Assembly: GCA_047495785.1 (NCBI GenBank)
Contig: JBLDXI010000034.1
Span: 930,001-994,000, forward strand
Direction: 5' to 3'
Length of the DNA: 64,000 nt
From: Lepidodermella squamata
Lineage: Eukaryota > Animalia > Gastrotricha
How positions within the stretch are numbered: the first letter of the stretch is position 1; every line of letters starts with the position of its first letter. Position numbers and translations under genes: made by a program. Positions 1-12,566 of the stretch are shown here, one piece after another. The notes under the pieces were generated by a model that saw nothing but the letters and a program-made list of their open reading frames with translations, had not been told where the DNA came from and ran no database searches.

Positions 1-1181
1 ACGGGACAAATGGCGATATGGCTTTTATTTATCCGTTCAGTAACGAAGGTCCCTACGCAATCGCGTCATACTCAAGGCGCATCGACACGTCTTGCACGTC
101 GTTCTCATTTCAAAAATTCCCGTTCGACTCACTGAAATGTTCGATTGTAATGGAACCCGATGAAGGTGTCGATTACGTCAATATGGATATCAAATTTTTC
201 GGCGTGGATACATCGGCCGGCGATAGCCTTATGAGTGATACTGATGTATGGGAACTCGCTTATCCCGATGACTTGGGTAGAACCTTCACTTGGGAAGTCG
301 TCAATGTTACAGAATCTGCGGATGTGATATCAAGAATGGTTCTAACGTGTAGATTTCATCGAAAGTACAACTACTACATAGCTAATATGATGATACCGAC
401 CTATGCAACTTTCGTCCTTCAAGTTGCGTGCTTGGTTCTTCCGCCAATTCTCTCAGACAGGTAAACTAATTCTTTTGAAACTTTCCCTTCACCTTTGCTG
501 CTCACCAATTTTTCTAAAATATTTCTACGGTTTTCTAAATTTTTTCTAAACTTTCTGAAATTCAGGAAAATTCAGGAAAATTGAGAATAATTCAGGAAAA
601 AATCCGAAAATTTTTAAATATTTCAGGAAAAATCAACATAAACCAGAAAAATTTATAATAAATTCAGATAAATTTAGAAAAAAATTAGAAAAATATAGAA
701 AAATTCTGGAAAACTTGGGGAAATCGGACCATAGTTTTTACAATTATTGCGATTTTCTGAACGTTCCCACTATTTTTCATAATTTTCTCTAAATTATCTG
801 TATTTCTAGCAGTATGTTGGACATTTTTTAATTATACTTCCACGCTTTTTTAGACCCGCCTTTGCTATGGCGGCAGTTCTAGCGAATTCCGTGCTACTGA
901 CCCTGGTTTTCGACAGCATTCCTCGAACTTCCGAACTGGTTTACTTCGTCGTGATGACCATCATAAAATTCGTAACCGGCCTAGCTATAACGGTATACAC
1001 GCTCGTTACAGCAGCTCTAGCTGTCCACTACAGAAAGTCAACTTTCCAACTCGCTAAATACTCAATTCGTGTTCTTCGCTTCTCCGATGTTTTAGCTGCC
1101 TCGGTGACTAGTCTTATCGTGATTATTGCTGATATAGTTTTATTTGCTAACATGCTGTCTACGCCTGACTATGAAATTTGA
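1..1181 (+). CDS. Cys-loop pentameric ligand-gated ion channel subunit, 5'-truncated by window (exons <1-460, 854-1181)
   Basis: Cys-loop CTSFSFQKFPFDSLKC, pre-M1 RKYNYYIANMMIP, four hydrophobic helices. Intron 461-853 (GTAAAC...TTTAG) joins LSD-R-PAFAMAAVL in frame, matching DRATFSVTVLL of the channels at 46 and 58 kb. Confidence 0.88.
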
Positions 1182-1191
1182 AATGAAAACA

Positions 1192-2505
1192 TCACGCAAG
1201 TACTGGGTAAACACCGTTGGTAGCTATGCCACACATGTTGTTTGCATTTCGCAGCAGTTTCATATAGCCATTCTCACCCCACCAAGTTCCCCAGCTGTTT
1301 TTCAGCAGCCAATATGGTTTCCTAGTCACTAGATCATTGCCGTAGCCGATCAATAACATCGCATGGGTAAGGGTCGTACTTTCACATAGGACCTCAGAGT
1401 AAACTCCAGACGAGTAGTATAGGAATGACGTAGGGCGGCCATCAACAGCTACAGCAACCGGTCCACTCTGCAAGGCCTCTAATAAGGCAGTCTCATTGCC
1501 GTAATCCACCTCAATAAACGGCTCATCTTTCGATAATGGGCCATATTTCGTAACCCGGTTAAAGTTACATTGATCATTCGTTTTCCCGATGAAAGGATAC
1601 TGAGTTAACGAGTTGATCCCTCCATTCAGTTGAATGTATCGATAGGACGCAGCGATATCCCCACCGGCACATCCTAAATTGCCTTGATTCGAACTGCAAT
1701 CGATTAGGTTTTGCATTGATAACTCGACCATTCGACGATTCTTGAGGTACAGCCGGCTCTCCAGAGCTCCAACCGCGGCGAAGGAGTAGCAGGCCCCGCA
1801 AGATTTCTGGTCCTTAACTGGGGAAACAGCTCCTCTAGTTCTCCAATCTAGCTCGCGAGGGTAATTCGATGCCTTCTGAGCTCCAGATGCTCCGCTAGGT
1901 CCTTTTGTCACCTCTGTATTCGGTAATTTCGACCCAGAGGTTCCAGATTTACTAGAAAATCGGAAATATTGAGATTTTAAGGTGGGGTTTTGATTCCCTT
2001 ACCCGGTTGTAGTTGTCTCCGCATTTTCCCTGGTCCTTTTTGGGGGAGAAGTCGTTCTCGGAGGTCTAGTTGTGATGACTGGTTTCGAAGTTGTTGTCGT
2101 TGATCGTTGCCTAGCTGGTTTTGTTGGCAGGAGGCCGAAGCGGGTTCTAGCCACTTCTTCCGGGTCCAAATCCGCGAGTTGGTTGAGTTTCACTTCAAAG
2201 TCAGCCTCGCCACTCTTTCTTTTCAGATTCTGCTGTAGGACGAAATTTCTGTTCCGTTTGAAGACATTGTATCGATGAACTTCTTCAGTCTCATCGCCTA
2301 AAACTCGGCTTTGGGAGTCATTGTCAAATGCAGAGTAGCCATCCGGTCGGAACTCTTGCTTCCAGGCCAGCCATTCTTGATCGATTTGAGTGGGTGGCGT
2401 GACTTGCTCACTATTTGTGACTTCAACATTCAAACCTGCGTGGTAATCGTCAGAAAAAACGTGAGCGAAAAACAAGACGATAAACAAAATGCGTGAGAAG
2501 AACAT
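1192..2505 (-). CDS. CTSL: Cathepsin L-like papain (C1A) protease preproenzyme 1 (exons 2505-2003, 1951-1192)
   Basis: Signal peptide MFFSRILFIVLFFAHVFS; I29 prodomain (EEVHRYNVFKRN, KLNQLADL); mature LDWR, QKSCGACYSF, HAMLLIGYG, KNSWG. 51-nt GT-AG intron 1952-2002 restores frame (TTG-KSGTSG...EVTKGP). Confidence 0.93.
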
Positions 2506-2933
2506 TATGATTATGTCAAGTCGACTAGTAGCTTATGGCTGAACATCTCTACTCACGTTACACGATGCGTGGTTGTAGCCATCAATGACTCATTCATTCA
2601 GCTTTCAGCTTTCAGCCAAATATTACTGCCACGAAAGCCAGTTTTTTCTTCGAAATGAGAACCGAATTATAGATTTTTGTAAAAATGTTGAAATAATTTT
2701 CTCATGAATAAGTCATGAGATGCCAGGGTTTTTACTGCGCCAGGCTTCAAAGCCAGCTAAAGCCTGCTCTTTTGATAGGCGTATCACCTTTAGTCGATGG
2801 ATGTCGTTAGAGCCATCGATTTTCCCATCAATTATTCACTTCAAGCCTCATGCTGGAGCTGTATTTTAAAGCAGCCAACCTACCAAGGATTCTGCGTTGT
2901 TTGCACTAAGCGACATCTTACTAAGGCAGAGCA

Positions 2934-3398
2934 ATGGTATCGAGTTGGGATGTTGATAAGGCGAAAATGTCCCTTGAAAGCTTCTATAGCAGGGCTGACG
3001 TAGCTGCTGATACTCGTCAGGGCGAAGCAACTTGGATAGCTCAACATGCCGACGAATTGTAAATTTCGAACTCTATAAAACTGTCTGACAAATTTAATTT
3101 TTTCTTAAAATATAGCTTTGATGATATTGACAGCGAGCGGCGTAAAGATGGGCTGCTGTCTCCGGAGGAAATCGAAATTCTCGTAGCGGCAAATCAAGCC
3201 CTAACGAAAGACGCTTGTTTCAGTCGATTTGCAAAGTTTATGAATCCGGTGGTAAAGGAGCTACATACTACGTCGGATGCTGGGCCGGTTAATCGAGCGA
3301 AATTCCGCGATGTATTCGAACGCGTTTTCACCCGATGTGCCACACAGGAATGGGGAGTTGTTATCCCACCTGGTGGAGTTTGGGCTATGAAAAACTGA
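2934..3398 (+). CDS. Small EF-hand-like protein, paralog 1 (exons 2934-3058, 3116-3398)
   Basis: Spliced product MVSSWDVDKAKMSLESFYSRADV...DEFFDDIDSERRKDGLLSPEEIE...WGVVIPPGGVWAMKN; same phase-2 intron position in all three paralogs; not in ORF track. Confidence 0.85.
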
Positions 3399-3967
3399 CC
3401 GGATCTATCTCAGAGTTGATGATATATTCTATTGAGAACTATGTTCGTTATTTACCTCAATTTCGTTATTTTTTGGTTTACTGACGAGACTAGGTAAAAT
3501 CTCTAGAAACGGGCAGATTTTATGTATTTGACTCCTAGCCGTTTTGAGGAAATGAAAATTTCAGAAAGACTCAGTGCGAACACACAGCAATTGAAACTTT
3601 CAATAAAACGCGCTTTATTCTGGTGGCTAGGATTTTCTAGTTTCTATCTGCGTACACTAGACCACTCTGGCGTGAACCGCCAGCTCAGATCTATGCCTTC
3701 AGTTATGAAATGTAAAATAAGCCTGGAAGAGTAACGAAAATCTATTGTAGATAATTGAACAGCGGATGCCAGCGTGTGTGCTCGTCTCGCCTTCGGTCAA
3801 TAATGACAGCAAAAAATTTCGCAATAACACACACACGGAATCGATAGTTCACTCAATGATTAAGCGAATGAACTGACGGAATGAAAAATCATTCTGTACT
3901 ATACAGCAAAAGCCAGCGCGCAGATTTTATTATATTGCTGAAAATCTAACGCTAGAGAATTTAAAAT

Positions 3968-4423
3968 ATGGTCTCGCCCTGGGATGTTGATAAGGCGAAA
4001 ATGTCTCTTGAGAGCTTCTACTGCAGGGCTGATGTAGCTGCGGATACTCGACAGGGCGAAGCTACCTGGATTGTCCAACACGCTGATGATTTGTAAGCTT
4101 CTCCTCTTCCTTAATCTTTCTTTAAAATTGGAGTTTTACCTCTTAGTTTCGATGACGTAGACATGAGAAAAGACGGCGTGCTTTGGCCGAAGGAGATCGA
4201 CATCCTAGCCGCAGCTAACGAAGCCTTAATGAAGGACGCTTGCTTCAGGCGATTCGCGAAATTTATGAATCCTGTGATCAAAGAGCTGGACAGTACGTCG
4301 GATGCGGGGCCGGTTAATCGAGCGAAATTCCGCGAGGTTTTCGAGCGAGTTTTCACCCGATGTGCCACGCAAGAATGGGGAGTTGTCATTCCGCCTGGTG
4401 GAGTTTGGGCTATGACGAATTGA
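3968..4423 (+). CDS. Small EF-hand-like protein, paralog 2 (exons 3968-4092, 4147-4423)
   Basis: MVSPWDVDKAK...DDFFDDVDMRKDGVLWPKEID...; 12-residue loop DMRKDGVLWPKE with D1, D5, G6, E12; 54-nt intron. Confidence 0.85.
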
Positions 4424-5126
4424 CTCAACTTTTTCCGAACTCCCAACTGCTGATATAAAAACACTGCGTTCTTGTTGTTATGTTCATACAACCTGATATA
4501 TTTTTTGAATGTTATTGAACTACTCCGTATCCAATAAACTTCGTCAGAACCTCATCTTAGCATTCAAATATCACAGCAATATCTGCAGGGGCTCTATAAT
4601 CTCCCAAAATGGCACCATTGTGTAAACCAACGTAGGGTAAAGAATCTGAATTGCCTTCAAATGGGAAAATTGGGGATAGTTAGCTTGAAATTAGCTTGAT
4701 TTGAAAATAACCAACTCCTCGAAGAAATCCAAGATTCCAAATCCAAATCCGAACTCTAACTAATCCATTGTCTTTTTTTACAGCTGAGCTTTCCAACTTT
4801 TTCTAAAAACGGATGAATGGATCTTAAATAAATAAATAAAAAACTGTACAAAGTGGTCTTAGCAGCTAGCAGCTTTATTCTAGGAAAATCACCAGAAAGC
4901 TCCGGGAAGAAAGATGAAGACCCAGAGCTTCGCGGTCAATCTTGAAAATTATGGAGATGGAAAGGAAATCGGAAAAAATCGCCAACATCTCAAAGAATGT
5001 GCCGCTTTCTTAACTTCATGGATTACTGTTGAAAAGTGACTTTCCGGCATTGCATTTTCTCGATGGGGAGAGCTTCATCCATTCATTTATCGGCATTTAT
5101 GTTAAAATTCGGAAGTCAGACTTAAG

Positions 5127-6697
5127 TTATGCCATTATAGGATAAATAGCGTTTGTTGCAATGCCACAATGATTAGAGCCACGTAGCATTCGAATGAAGC
5201 CCGTTTCGCCCCAATTAGAGCCCCATGAATTCTGGACCAGCCAATACGGCTTCGACGTTTTGCTATCTTTTCCATAACCAACAACCGTAACAGCATGGTT
5301 CTGGGCGTTCGGATCGCACATCGCGTCGTAATACACCCCTCCAGCGTAGAAGTAAAACGACTGAAGCGATGCATCAATCGCAACGGTAACTGGGCCGAGC
5401 TGAATTGCATCCATTAAGGCGGACTCGTTTTTAGCCGGCAGCTCTACATAGTCAGTTATAGCACCGAATTTCGCGCTAGCCGAGTCGTTGAACAGGCACT
5501 TCACATTCTGTTGATAGGCGTAGGGGTAGGCCAGATTCGAGTTAAGACCGCCTTTTGCCTGTATGTAGTCATAGGCTTGGCTTATATCAGCCCCGTCGCA
5601 GCCAGCTGCTCCAAACTCCTGGGCACAGTCAACTAAATTTTGGGGCGATAGAGGTATCAGGCTCTGATTCTTCGCTTTCGCATAATGGCCCGCAACAGTA
5701 TGAGCAACGCTGAAAGCCCAGCAAGCCCCGCAGTCGAGTTGGTCGCCAACCGGTGACACTATACCAGCCGCTCGCCAGTCCAACTGATCAGGGTACTGAA
5801 CCGCAATCGATTTCGGCTGTGTTGTTGTAGGCGTAGTCGCTTTCGTAGTGGTCGTTGTTTGGCCTCTTTTCGTTGTAGTAGTCGTGGTCTTCAGCGTAGT
5901 TGTTGTTGTCGTTGCTGGTTTTTTGCTGGTTCTAGTCCTAGTTCTGTTGCTTTTCTTGAATCCTAACCGCCTCTGCTGGATCTCGGTTGTATTCAAATCT
6001 GCCAGGTCGTTGAGTTTAACTTCAAAGGTAACTTCCCCGCGTTTCTTCTTTTCGTTATGGGCTTTTACGAAGTCTTCGTTCGACTTGAAATTTCGATACT
6101 TGTTATCATCATCGTCGTCATTATCGTCGTCGTTGTAATCCTTAGATGAATTTCGCTTCGGCCGGCTTCGTTTATCAGTTTTCCATTGCTGATAACCATC
6201 GTCGTTGTCCTGAGGTTTCGGCTTCTTACCAGAGTCTTGAGGTCCGGCGATTCGCTGCTGGTTTTTGCTCTGATTCGCCTGATTGTTCGCACCACTGATA
6301 GATTGTTGCTTGGGATTACTTGGGGAAGTTGGCTGATTTCGGCCGCTGCCTTGATCGCGATCGTTACCAGGTCTATCCCGATCATTACCCGGTCTATCTC
6401 GATTGTTTCCACCACCAGCTTTGAAAATTGTAGTAATGACAAAATCTCCCTTATATCCGCTGAAAAACTTTACCAACAATTACCAGGATAGCCGCTAAGC
6501 AAAGCGTTGTCAGTAATTTCTCCATTTCGGTTTGAAAATATTGAGCTCAAAATTGGAGTAATCGACTTACTGCCCATTGCGAAGAGGATTGGTTTTGAAA
6601 TGTTACACTCTTGTTTACGAAGTCGTGCTTGATACGTGGGTGTACCACGACAGAACGTTAAATTGCCATTGTTTTTTTCTGTGGTAGTGTGCGTCAT
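5127..6697 (-). CDS. CTSL: Cathepsin L-like protease 2 with low-complexity pro-region; true 5' end unresolved (exons ~6697-6484, 6418-5127)
   Basis: QLDCGACWAF, HAVTVVGYG, QNSWG; I29-like KYRNFKSN and KLNDLADL. Phase-1 intron 6419-6483 joins SGYP-A-GGGNNRD. No signal peptide found, so further upstream exons are likely. Confidence 0.85.
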
Positions 6698-8179
6698 TGC
6701 CTATAGCCAGTAAGAGAGTTCAATTGCTGGCATACATTCAATATTACAGCGGAGAAAATCGGTAGATCTCGCCATGAGACGGAACGGATTGATAGGCCTC
6801 TGGCTTATAGCTGAATGCTGATTGCTGACAGTTATTATCTAAAATAATTTATTTGTACAATACCATTTTTGCAGCACGGCCGGACCGGACGAAAAATGAA
6901 CAGAAAGCCCGCAGTTTCGTCAATTTTGAGAGGTTGTGGAGCATGTTTATGTGGAAAATCTCCGGCAGCTCCACGATTGAAGATCGCACCCCTTATGGGA
7001 CCCAAATTTCGAAGGGCTCACGATCAGACAATTTAAATATAATTCGACTCGAAATAGTCAAAGGAGACAAAGACTGATGAGTCTGAGGAACGGGTAAACA
7101 ATTTCTTTTCCCCAAATTGAAAAAGATTAGCTTTGGTATTTTGCCATTTCCTGATCAAAAGCGGATATTTAATTATTTTTTCGAAAAATCATTCTTGTGG
7201 CCTAAGCTATCCTTTTTATTGCAGATTTCAGTAAACAGCGACTTCCAGTTTCCATAAAATTCTTTAATTTTTTCCCCCTTATATCATTCAACAGTTGATA
7301 AATTGTCTTTTCTCTTTTTTCTGATTCATTGCCCGCAGGGACTCGTGGGGTAATTTATGTTGCCACGCGTAATTTGACTAACATAAAATCCGATCCTATT
7401 TATCTTTTCGCGCTCCGTGACAATGCAAGATATTCTCACATTATCGATCGCCTTGCCCCGCCTCGCCAGAAAAAAGGCCACCACGGATGTGCTAGCGGCA
7501 GCACAGCACATAAACATACATATTCCCAATTTACATAAAATTTGCCCTGTGTCCTCAATAGAACACTATAGAGTGCAAATGGCCATACTAAAATACCATG
7601 CTTGTGTAATCATTCGCTATCTTGCTCATTCTTATCGCTAGTTACATTTATATAGCCGCCGCATTCTGATTTGTTCTTATCTTTCAATCCAGGCTTTTTA
7701 CATTGTTTATTATTCCCAGCGATATTAATCAAGAAAAAATCAATTGAATAAAATAATAATACGGTTTTAATTTAGGAATCGTGTGACTTGCGATAGCCAT
7801 AAGCCTATAGATTTTGAAGATATCCGTTGCGAATGGCGCAATGTTTTCGCCATTGTTTTTCTTGTGTTTGCCATCCAAATAATTAGCACTGTGCCGGGTA
7901 ATGTAATTGCTCGATATATAGGTGAAACTATACTCATTGCTATACGCAACCCGTAATAAATCGAAGTATCGATCGCTTTCTCTCTCCCTCTCTCCCGCTC
8001 GCCATAATGAATGAGGTTCAATAGCGTATAGTGAGTGTATTTAAATACAGACGAAATATCACGCGGCGCATAAAAATCAAAATTTATTAAAAAAATACCC
8101 TCCAGTGCTAGATCAAGCGTGAGTGATTCATTTACAGCGTTTTTCCACACTTTTTAGACCGCCTGATTAACTAGCGACA

Positions 8180-8641
8180 ATGGTTTCGACTTGGGATGTT
8201 GATCGAGCTAAAATGTCTCTTGAAAGCTTCTACAGCCGGGCCGACGTAGCTGCTGAAACTCGACAAGGCGAGGCTGAATGGATAGTCCAACATGCCGATG
8301 AATTGTAAGTTCCTATTGCTATAACCAGCTAATTTTAATCGTGGAAATTTCATAGCTTCGATGATATTGATAACGAGCGGCGTAAGGATGGTCTCTTATC
8401 CCCGGAGGAAATCGATATTCTAGTCGCGGCTAATCAAGCCCTGCTGAAAGACGCGTGTTTCAGCCGATTCGCGAAGTTCATGAATCCTGTGATCAAAGAG
8501 CTGGACAGTACGTCAGATGTTGGCCCGGTTGATCGGCCGAAATTCCGCGAGGTGTTCGAGCGAGTTTTCACCCGATGTGCCACGCAAGAATGGGGCGTTG
8601 TCATCCCGCCCGGTGGAGTTTGGGCTATGAAAAAGAATTAG
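8180..8641 (+). CDS. Small EF-hand-like protein, paralog 3 (exons 8180-8304, 8356-8641)
   Basis: MVSTWDVDRAKMSLESFYSRADV...FFDDIDNERRKDGLLSPEEID...GGVWAMKKN; 51-nt intron at the conserved position. Confidence 0.85.
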
Positions 8642-9760
8642 GAGAAAATATCAAATTCTTCACGATTGATGCATCAATTATATACCATGGAATATGATCA
8701 TTTTGTGTCATAATATACACTGAATATTCAATGTGATGGTCCTTTCGTTTCTTCTGCAAAGTAAATCACTTTAATTCTGCAAAAAGAAGCAATGTTTTTT
8801 GAAATGGCGCAATGCAGTTAACAATTGCGGTTGGCTTTTTGTAAAATTGATAGGGCTTTTACAGCCGGAAGTTTCAGTTTTTCCATGGGCTCTGGATTCT
8901 AGGGAAATTTCCAATATTCTACCTGAACTTTTTTTAATTAATTTAGTTTAATCAAAAAGCAGAATATCTTTTAGCGGAACCAAATTTGCCTAATGCGGAA
9001 CCACGTTTGGCTGTAGCGGAACCAAATTTTATATAGGCAAGGGGCCGTTTTCCTAATATTTGTACGAAATTAGAGTAAATTGGGAGTTTTACAGTGAAGA
9101 ATGCGTCGAATGCAGAATTTTACGCTGAATTGAATGATGATTTATTTAAAAATTATGCTTATCCTACATGACATCCTTGAAAGTTTCGAAAGGTGGTTTC
9201 ACGCCCATTGAAAACTCCAGAATCCAGAATCTGGTTCCGCTGTGAGTGAGACTCATTTAAAAATTCAATTTTTAGGTGGATCCACTGTTAATTAGGATTC
9301 TGCCGGCTATGAATAAGCCGAACTTAACGAAAGCCGCCTTAAATGGGGTTTTACGAGAGAACAAGTTACGCATTAAGGACGTACATTGTCGGCAATTTGC
9401 TTATACCAAAGCCTTAACCGGATGCCCTTAACAGAGGGCAGTATTTGTTAGTTCAACGGCTTCCTAATCCTGAGGAAGGAAGTGAGATGAAAGATGAATG
9501 TTGATATTTTTTGTTAGGAAGCCTGATGAATGGTGCCATTTTTTGCGCAATATAAAACCGCATTAAGCTAGACGCCTTAACTTATGTGCTCGTGCCGTTG
9601 TTTCAATCTTATAGTAAAAACTCACAACAGCGTGAAAAAATAGCTGCAACAGGCAACATTTCACGCCAGCACATTGTCATTATATAAACAAACACTGCAT
9701 ATAAGACCTGGTTTATTAAGTTGCCCGGTTAGACCGACTACATCTCATCAAAACAGGAAA

Positions 9761-11024
9761 ATGCCTTACAGCGACAGGTCTATTGTTCTGCGCAACCTAA
9801 CGGGCACCTTTGACAACACTGCAGATGTTTGGTTCGCGTTTGAATTGAATTTCCCGCATCCTCAAGTTTTGGCATGGTTCCAACAAAATCGCCACCTCAG
9901 CATTTACATTGCTGTGATTTACGCAGCTTTAACGCTAATCGGCCAAAGAATAATGGCTAGCAGAAGTCCTTTCGAACTTCGAAAGCCGTTATTCCTGTGG
10001 AATGTGTTCATGGCAGCTTTCAGTCTCTTTTTGACCATCCGCCTTTTGCCCTTCATGCTTCGCAGGCTGTACCACTCAACTTTTGTGAGGAGGAATGAAT
10101 CTTAGCTTATTAGATTATCCTTCACTTTTTTATTATTTTTAGTATGGAGCAATATGCGATGGGACCTATGAAGATTTAATTCAGGTAAATCCGTGAAAAA
10201 TTACTTATTTCAGCAATCAGCATTCAGCCACCTTAAAACCCCATTTTGTTGTATGTTTCAGATTATCATGTGGCTCGAGATTTTCGCAATTACAAAAGTC
10301 CTGGAATTCGTCGATACCCTTTTCATCGTATTGCGGAAACAATACCTCCATTTCATACACTGGTATCATCACGCTACAGGTGAGTAAAACCTGAAATAGC
10401 CAAATTCAATCGATCTCTCTCTTTATTTATTTACCCAGTGATAATTGCATGCTGGTATGCTCAGGGTGCTGTTCAAGGTATATTTTTGTTTACCAAAGGT
10501 CAATGTCCCATTAATTGCCGATTTTACAGGCCCTGCCACATGTATCTATTTCGTAACAATGAACGCGTTTGTTCACTCAAGTATGTGAAAAAATTTGAAA
10601 ATCCTCTCCGTAATTTATCCCTATTTTTCAGTCATGTATAGCTATTACGGCCTTCGAGTGAGTTTTTTTTCGAAACTTCAAAATCGACTTGATCACTTTT
10701 TCTCATTAGGCTGTTCGCATCCGAGTGCCTCGGTTTATCAACATTACCATCACAAGCCTTCAAATAGGTGAATATATTTATCATAATTTTCCGGAATTTC
10801 AGGTCATAACTGGTTTTTTTGCAGCTCAAATGTTTTTCGGGATGATTATCAGCGCTGGGGCTGTTTACTACACCTTCCTACGACCCGACCTACCGTGCGA
10901 CGATGAACCGAAGCAAATTCTTGTGACATCGAGCGTTTACTTGTCGTTCTTCTTCCTGTTCTGCCGATACTTCTACAGGACTTACATTCGAAAGCAAGAA
11001 TCAAAGACTGAGAAAACTGATTAA
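9761..11024 (+). CDS. ELOVL6: Fatty acid elongase, ELOVL3/6-like, 285 aa, 8 exons (9761-10084, 10143-10184, 10262-10379, 10439-10477, 10530-10580, 10632-10657, 10710-10767, 10825-11024)
   Basis: [13 protein letters not shown] histidine box, MNAFVHSIMYSYY and TSLQIAQM all reassemble in frame across GT-AG introns; subfamily assignment rests on HWYHH only. Confidence 0.9.
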
Positions 11025-11470
11025 ATGATCATTTCAATTCACAGAAGCACGATAGTATTCCAGATTCTATTAAAAAACCGGAAATTCGTTTAAAAATAAA
11101 AAAATAGCAAAATTAATTACATTATGAAGAATTTTTTTTACAGGATGAGTACTCTAGGAATATTTTGGGTTCACGAGGAAATCGTCAAGGCCTTTGGCTA
11201 CCTAATAATTGAAGAGCTCTATTTCGATGCACAGAGATATAACTTGGACATCTAAAGCAACGAGCTTCTTTCTCTCAGAACTTTCCCTTTCAGAGGGAGG
11301 CGGAATGAAAAATCAAACCCTCAATGCTTCATCTCAAGCTTTTTCAGGATAGGCTTAATTTTACTTCATTTAACAAGCTCAAAAATCAAAGCAATAAAAA
11401 ATGACCGGGTATAGAAACAGAACGGGATTTAAAATGAATGATATGTCCAATCGATTGCAGGAACATTTAC

Positions 11471-11755
11471 TCATAATTTCGGTTCATTTCCAGAAATAGA
11501 TCTGCTGTAGCAGATGCCATCGAGGCACAAATCGCCGTCAAAGCATTCGAAGCGGTAGAGGCATCTGCCGTAGCTATGAACAGGCAGATCGCTGTAGCAA
11601 ACGCGGCCGTCGCAAAAGTCCCCGGGCAGGCACTGCTCGGTGAACATGCAATTTCCGTAGGCTCGAACAGCAACTGGCGACTCTTCAACGGGAAAACTGT
11701 TCGAAGAGCTGGCTAACAAAACAATGCAGCAAAGGCCGATAAGAACGAGCTTCAT
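11471..11755 (-). CDS. Secreted cysteine-rich peptide with two tandem C-x5-C-x5-C-x4-C modules
   Basis: Signal peptide MKLVLIGLCCIVLLASSSNS; repeats YGNCMFTEQCLPGDFCDGRVCYS and YGRCLYRFECFDGDLCLDGICYS. Confidence 0.8.
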   Translation of the reverse strand: MKLVLIGLCCIVLLASSSNSFPVEESPVAVRAYGNCMFTEQCLPGDFCDGRVCYSDLPVHSYGRCLYRFECFDGDLCLDGICYSRSISGNEPKL

Positions 11756-12566
11756 GTCTAGACGTTTTAATGTCTGAGGAAATGAGGAAAATTGGTCGGG
11801 AAGAAAAAACGAGGAATGGGACGTAATTAGATGTCATTTTCCTAAGCCAAATCCGGATCAGCGTCAATGAAGTTTCGCAATTTGAGGCATGGCGGACATG
11901 TGTATCTCTCCAGAGATCGACACCGAAATGTAATTAGGCGAAACACTGATTGGAAACGGGGATGTGAATCTGGGTTAGTTACATGTCAATGAATTAGGAA
12001 TATCAGCTAAAAACTGGTTCGTTTGCGACTTTCCCCATCTGACTCTGCTTCTAGCAGTTTCTTTGTTTTCCCAGAGTGAGATTGAAGTTATGAGGGTATT
12101 ATAAAAATTTGAAATATTTCGAATCAATGCGACCTATGCGAAAGCCAAAGCCAGGCTCCAAATAGGCTTGTGATTTCGAGCGAAATCTTCATTACCACTG
12201 TCGGCCTTCGACCTTCGACACATGCTAGCGTAACCTAACCTACCGTAACCTCCGTAGGTTCGCCGAGCCTGTTATTATCGTGAGTAGAACACTCGTGCGT
12301 TACATTTGGTGCCCACCAGTAGCGGTGTGCCACATGCAAAATTCACGGCAAATAGGGGCAAATACGTTCACACTTCATAGGTTTTATGGCATCATAAAAT
12401 GGCACAAAACCTCTCGCAACTTGTTTATTAGTAAGCAGGGGGTTGAATTTCTACAAGTTTCAAATCGACAGCAAATGTTTTCAGCTAACGGTTACCATCT
12501 TCATCCTTTTCTCACTTGTTGCTGAAACTCTCCGTTCAACTCTCGATTTGCTGCACGCATAGCTTC

